Part shown: piece after piece, positions 59,362 to 64,000 of the stretch | Layout: each line of letters begins with the position of its first letter | Numbering within the stretch: position 1 is the first letter of the stretch | NCBI GenBank assembly: GCA_037441285.1 | Contig: JBBISL010000004.1 | Coordinates: 61,470-125,469 of the forward strand | Length of the DNA: 64,000 bases | Origin: a candidate division WOR-3 bacterium | GTDB lineage: Bacteria > Hydrothermota > Tepidihabitantia > Tepidihabitantales > Tepidihabitantaceae | Reading direction: 5' to 3' | Made by a program: the position numbers and the translations under genes | Notes under the pieces: model-generated | What the model was told of the DNA's origin: nothing | Databases searched by the model: none | Seen by the model: the letters and a program-made list of their open reading frames with translations, nothing else

Positions 59362-60507
59362 ATGTCGATAATCTTTCTCTTCTGGCTCCAACTTTACTCT
59401 AATTTCGCTCAAATCCGGTTGCAGCAGACCACGCTGCACACCTCTGTCGGCAACAAAGTTTCTCTCTACATCGCTTCTACCCGAACCCAACAGATGGAAA
59501 AAGACACTATGGACGAACACGATGTCGGTACCGATGCCATCATCGCTCCGTTAGGTACGCTGCGTGCCGGCGACACAATCATCCCCAGTGCCACGATTCG
59601 CAACCTCGGTACTTTCACCGAACGTTACTTTGATGTCCGGTTCCGAATTGGCATTGATTACGACGCCACAATTATGGTTAACAGTCTACCTCCATTTTCA
59701 GTTATTGAAATAACCTTTCCAGTTTGGATTGCACGCACCGGCACTTATCCGGTCACCTGTTCAACTCAGCTAACAGGCGACATCAACCCCGAGAACGACA
59801 AAATTACCCGTACAATCACGGCTAGTGAAGTCAAAAATCTAACAATCGAACCGGACCAGAGCGACACCATCCAGTTAGGACAGAGAAAATCCTACCGATT
59901 CTATGCCCTGCTTGATGCCGACACCGGTTATATCGTCGAACTAAAGCCACCAACTGATTTATCAGGCTGGACTGCACTCTTGCTTGACTCCAACGACCAA
60001 ACCCCGCTTACCGATAGCGATGGCGATGGCGACCCGGAACTGGGATTTGTTAGCCCGGGAGAACGCCGTTACTTTAATCTCGGGCTCTTTGCACCAACCG
60101 CGCTTATTGGCACCCCGGCCGTACTCAAGGATACAGTTGTCTTCTCACTTTATGGGTTTCTCGCTAACGATACAACAGTTAAAGATAGTGTTCGACTCAA
60201 AATCACGATTAGACCGGAACTGGACATCCACAACTACCCCAATCCATTTAACGCGAGGACAACTTTTGTCATCAGCCTACCTGAACCGGGTGCGGTTACC
60301 CTTACTGTTTACCTGCGAACCGGTGAACAGGTTTGCCGGGTTTTGCAGGGTGAGCCGTTAGCCGCTGGAATCCACTTCATCCCCTGGGACGGGAAAAACA
60401 ATCAGCAACAAACGCTTACTCCGGGTACCTACTATTATCTGCTGGAATATCAAAACGGTAACCGGGCAAGAAAAATCCAGAAAAAACTGGTAATCCACAA
60501 AGAGTAA
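59362..60507 (+). CDS. Secreted CARDB/Ig protein with C-terminal FlgD-Ig/CTD domain
   Basis: HDVG...IRNLG...DINPEND CARDB; DSDGDGDPE Ca-type loop; NYPNPFN...WDGKN....LTPGTYYY. Confidence 0.8.
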   Translation: MSIIFLFWLQLYSNFAQIRLQQTTLHTSVGNKVSLYIASTRTQQMEKDTMDEHDVGTDAIIAPLGTLRAGDTIIPSATIRNLGTFTERYFDVRFRIGIDYDATIMVNSLPPFSVIEITFPVWIARTGTYPVTCSTQLTGDINPENDKITRTITASEVKNLTIEPDQSDTIQLGQRKSYRFYALLDADTGYIVELKPPTDLSGWTALLLDSNDQTPLTDSDGDGDPELGFVSPGERRYFNLGLFAPTALIGTPAVLKDTVVFSLYGFLANDTTVKDSVRLKITIRPELDIHNYPNPFNARTTFVISLPEPGAVTLTVYLRTGEQVCRVLQGEPLAAGIHFIPWDGKNNQQQTLTPGTYYYLLEYQNGNRARKIQKKLVIHKE

Positions 60508-61940
60508 TGACGCCGATAACTGTTCTTTTAACCATTTTAGCCCTTTTTAGTGCGCCTGGTGGTTCCGTTTTTCCGGTTTTAAAAATCGCTCAGGGCGTAA
60601 GGGCCGCGGGAATGGGTGAAGCTGGTATTGGTCTTGCCAACGACGGCAATGCCCTCTACGAGAACGCTGCCGGCTTAGCGAGCTTTTCTGACTACTCAAT
60701 TTCGCTTTCTCATCAGGAATGGTTTAGTGACACGAAAGACGAACTGTTCCAGGCAATTCTTCCGGCAAAAACCGGTGCCCTGGGTTTTGGTGTACTCTAC
60801 TCCCAAACCGGTAGCATTGAACACTGGGATGCAGACAACAACCCGGGCAACCTATTTAGCACCTGGAACGGGGCTCTTTCTCTCGGCTACGGAATTAATC
60901 TGTTTTCTAATTATGCAATCGGGTTCGTTGCAAAAGGTTGCTATGAAAACCTATACCAGCGCCACGGTTACGGGGCTGGTATTGACCTGGGATTTCGGGG
61001 ACAACCTTTAAAATCTCTGGGTGTGGGCATTGCCTGTCGGAACCTCGGATTGATGGACTACAACGGCATTTACTCTTTACCAGCAGAAGTGGGCGCCGGT
61101 TTGTCTTACAGCCGGAAAAATTTAACAGCAGTTCTCGATGGCATTTTCTCTTTTGACCAGAGATTCAATTTCCGATTAGGGGTTGAATACACTCCAGTAA
61201 AAGAGCTCTCACTCCGAGTCGGATATCGCAGCGGCCCTGAGGACATTTCCTCGCTTGGCTACCTCAGTGCTATCAGTGCCGGTCTTGGTGTCAACCTAAA
61301 CAATTTTTCCATTGATTACGCTCTCACTCCGTATGGTAAATTGGGACAGGTGCACCGGCTGGGACTACGCCTGACCCTGGAGCGCAAAGGCCAGGGCGTA
61401 TTGAGAGTCCGGGTGTTTGATGAAGAGACAACTGAACCGGTCTGGGCAACGGTAACCATTTCCGGAGTAAAGCAGTTCCGGGGGGAAACCGGCCGTAAAG
61501 GAGAACTTTTAATTGAAGGAATTTTGCCCGGACAGATTGTCATTAACACAATCGCCAACGGTTATCTACCCCGCACCGATACAATGCTAATTCTTGGTGA
61601 CCGGGAGCAGTCCGCCGCCCTTACTCTTCGACCGATAAAATACGGCACAATCACCGGCACACTTTACGATGCTACAACCAGCAAGCCAATTTCTGGGATT
61701 GTAGTTTATCAAGGCGAGGTTTATGGCGAAACACAAACCGACCCGACAATCGGTACATTTGCGATTCAAACAATCCCCGCTGGTAAATACATCCTAACCG
61801 CTCGGGGACCAGAAAATTACTTTGCTCAAACCTGCACCCTTGAGTTACAGGGTGGAAAACTCCTGCGCCACGACTTTTACCTTCTGAAGCGCCAAAAGAC
61901 GAACCAATCCATTCCTAACAACGGTCTTCAACGAGAATAA
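60507..61940 (+). CDS. PorV/PorQ-family barrel fused to two carboxypeptidase-regulatory-like domains
   Basis: GVRAAGMGEA...ALYENAAGLA, LSHQEW, IDYA..PYGKLGQVHRLGL, then VFDEETTEPV and LYDATTSKPI beta-sandwich units. Confidence 0.82.
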   Translation: MTPITVLLTILALFSAPGGSVFPVLKIAQGVRAAGMGEAGIGLANDGNALYENAAGLASFSDYSISLSHQEWFSDTKDELFQAILPAKTGALGFGVLYSQTGSIEHWDADNNPGNLFSTWNGALSLGYGINLFSNYAIGFVAKGCYENLYQRHGYGAGIDLGFRGQPLKSLGVGIACRNLGLMDYNGIYSLPAEVGAGLSYSRKNLTAVLDGIFSFDQRFNFRLGVEYTPVKELSLRVGYRSGPEDISSLGYLSAISAGLGVNLNNFSIDYALTPYGKLGQVHRLGLRLTLERKGQGVLRVRVFDEETTEPVWATVTISGVKQFRGETGRKGELLIEGILPGQIVINTIANGYLPRTDTMLILGDREQSAALTLRPIKYGTITGTLYDATTSKPISGIVVYQGEVYGETQTDPTIGTFAIQTIPAGKYILTARGPENYFAQTCTLELQGGKLLRHDFYLLKRQKTNQSIPNNGLQRE

Positions 61941-64000
61941 CCGACGCTGCCAATTATTGTCACCGTCCCGGAATCGTAGTTAGCAACATAAACTTTACTG
62001 TCAGCGGAGTTGGCACATAGGGCAATCGGCCGTTGCCCCACGGCGATTGTCTTGCGTATCGTATTGGTAGCGCAGTCAATCATATTGACCGTTTCTCCAT
62101 CGTAGTTAGCACAGTAAAGTTTATCAACCCAGCCTGCCCAAGTTAGACTTCGAGGATGATTGCCCACATTCATCGTCGTAACTAGAGAGTAATTCTGGGC
62201 GTTGATAACCGAAACATTGTTACTACCCGAGTTGGCAACATAGATGCGGTTGTCAACTGCATTGTAAGCAAGCGCCCAGGGTTCGCTGCCAACATTTATC
62301 GTCGTAATCACCCCTTGATTGTTTCCGTTGATAATGCTCACCTTACCAAAAAGCCGATTCGCAACCGCAACATTACCCTGCCCGTCAACCACCAGCGCAC
62401 AAGGCTGATAATCAACCCCAACCGTACCCAGCACCTGATTGGTCGCACCGTCAATGACCGTTACACTGTTGCGGGCAAAGTTAGCACAGTACACCTTGTT
62501 GTACACCGGGTTGTAGAGCAGCGCGATCGGACTGGAATCAACCGGTATCGTAGTAAGCACCTCATTGTTAACACCGTCAATCACCGTCACCTGGGCATTA
62601 CGATAGTTCGCAACATAGACACGATTGTTGGTTGTATTAAAACAGAGCGCCTGTGGGAAACTACCAACATTGACCGTCGTGAGCACCTGATTCGTAGCGC
62701 CATCGATTACGGAAACTGTCCCCGCCCCATAATTACTTACATAAATCCGGCCATTTGTTGGGTTCAGGCATAGGTCGTAGGGATTGGCGCCAACCGATAT
62801 ATTGGTAATTACCTGATTGCTCATGCCATCAATCGCCGAAACACTCGCGCTGTTATAATTGGCAACGAAAATTTTGTTGTGCAAACTGTCCCAGAGCAAA
62901 GCCCGGGGCTTTGAGCCCACCGTTACCGTTGCCAGAACCGTATCGGGTGTGCCACCGGTACCGGCTACGGTAAATGTTCCACTTGTTCCTTCGCTTGTAT
63001 GATTACCACAATACGCCCGAACCCGGACCTGGGCGTTGTTAGTCGTTGGCGGCGGAACTTGCCAGACAAAGCTACCGGGCACAGTTGTTTTGCCCTGACG
63101 CAACCAGTCTATACCACCGTTACTCGAGTAGAAAATTACCGTTGACTCCATCCCAAAGGTTCCGCCCGTCCAGGTAATGGTCTGGGTTGAACCTACGGTC
63201 CAACGCGCCCCAGGAGCCGGCGAAGTTACCGTAATCGGCGTCGGTGGCAGTGAGTCGTAAACAACATAGCGCTGACTTGTTCCAACCGAAGAATCATTAC
63301 CCAGATAAGACCGGACCTGAACCCGGGCATTATCGGTCGCAGGACCAGGAACGAGCCAGGTGTAACTGCCCGGTGCGGTAGCCCGACCGTGCCGTATCCA
63401 GTTTGCACCGTCATCTGTTGAATAATACACTGTTGTTGAATCCGGTGCTGAAGGACCACCAGTCCAGGTGACGGTTTGATCGGAGCCTTCACGCCATCTG
63501 GTTTGAGAAGTGGGTTCGGTGATTGTTATTGCCGGCAGCCCTTCAATCACCCGGAAGGTCGCGCTGAATCCGGTCGTTACTGAATCAAGACAGTACGCCC
63601 GTACCCTGATTTTTGCCTGGTCTGTGACCGGTGCCGGTACCGTCCATAAAAATCTTCCGGGTCGAGTTGTTTTTCCCTGTCGTGTCCAGACCAGGCCATT
63701 GTTGGTTGAATAATGAATCACCGCTGAATCCATGCCCAGAAAAGTACCGCCGGTCCAGAGAACCTCATGGGTTGAACCGATGGTCCATTCTGAGAGCGAA
63801 TCCGGTGAAATCACATTTATCGCTGAGGGCTTTCGTGTATCGTACACCTCAAACTGCGCCGAGGTGCCAAGCATCGTATCCTGACTGATATATCGCCGCT
63901 CCTGAATCCGTGCACTGGTAGTAGGTGTCAGGTTAATTGGCAGAGTCCAAATGTAACTGACAGCTGAGGTAGTTCGGACAATACGAGTTGGAGAGTTAAC
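61928..64000 (-). CDS. Ig-like-repeat plus YVTN beta-propeller protein (5' end lies beyond the window)
   Basis: Frame is open from 64000. About 97-aa repeats (ITWTGG...YSTxxGxxW..G.T..PGS..W.VP.P.T..A.VRV) precede about 8 YVTN blades (VG..P.AL..N...NK.YVANY...VSVID). Confidence 0.88.
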   Translation of the reverse strand, partial: VNSPTRIVRTTSAVSYIWTLPINLTPTTSARIQERRYISQDTMLGTSAQFEVYDTRKPSAINVISPDSLSEWTIGSTHEVLWTGGTFLGMDSAVIHYSTNNGLVWTRQGKTTRPGRFLWTVPAPVTDQAKIRVRAYCLDSVTTGFSATFRVIEGLPAITITEPTSQTRWREGSDQTVTWTGGPSAPDSTTVYYSTDDGANWIRHGRATAPGSYTWLVPGPATDNARVQVRSYLGNDSSVGTSQRYVVYDSLPPTPITVTSPAPGARWTVGSTQTITWTGGTFGMESTVIFYSSNGGIDWLRQGKTTVPGSFVWQVPPPTTNNAQVRVRAYCGNHTSEGTSGTFTVAGTGGTPDTVLATVTVGSKPRALLWDSLHNKIFVANYNSASVSAIDGMSNQVITNISVGANPYDLCLNPTNGRIYVSNYGAGTVSVIDGATNQVLTTVNVGSFPQALCFNTTNNRVYVANYRNAQVTVIDGVNNEVLTTIPVDSSPIALLYNPVYNKVYCANFARNSVTVIDGATNQVLGTVGVDYQPCALVVDGQGNVAVANRLFGKVSIINGNNQGVITTINVGSEPWALAYNAVDNRIYVANSGSNNVSVINAQNYSLVTTMNVGNHPRSLTWAGWVDKLYCANYDGETVNMIDCATNTIRKTIAVGQRPIALCANSADSKVYVANYDSGTVTIIGSVGYSR

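Noticed and set aside
454..63888. Many short ORFs antisense to or overlapping the main genes (for example 5099-5668, 10831-11322, 17765-18394, 19393-19992, 20158-20775)
   Set aside because: These are shadow frames of well-supported genes, with no motifs or translation signals.

Overview
Gene-dense chromosomal segment of a diderm bacterium. The protein repertoire (T9SS-like C-terminal domains, PorV/UPF0164 barrels, FlgD-Ig tails, LapA/LapB, BamA) suggests an FCB-related lineage such as candidate division WOR-3; that assignment is inference. Housekeeping genes: B12/iron ABC transporter, trmI, nusA-infB-DUF503, uppP, miaB-lapA-lapB-mutS, membrane PPase, clpC-bamA, rpsT, and tRNA-Leu(CAA), tRNA-Ala(GGC), tRNA-Phe(GAA). 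There are many secreted or envelope proteins and a GT4/flippase/two-GT-C glycosylation cluster. I see no CRISPR array, integrase or transposase. Main observations: (1) a putative sigma54-driven locus with a long structured leader, encoding a tandem GNAT, a mini-Wza/SLBB protein, a hybrid kinase, a lone receiver and an orphan PilB/GspE ATPase with a degenerate MshEN domain; (2) repeated sigma70 promoters placed 6-8 nt before start codons, suggesting widespread leaderless mRNA; (3) two FlgD-CTD cargo genes each paired with a PorV-family barrel; (4) a PPIase with nested parvulin domains; (5) a probable non-canonical GTT start; (6) an unexplained 12-bp-periodic GANTC array with a palindrome shared between two intergenic regions. 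All product calls are by motif recognition; no database search was run.
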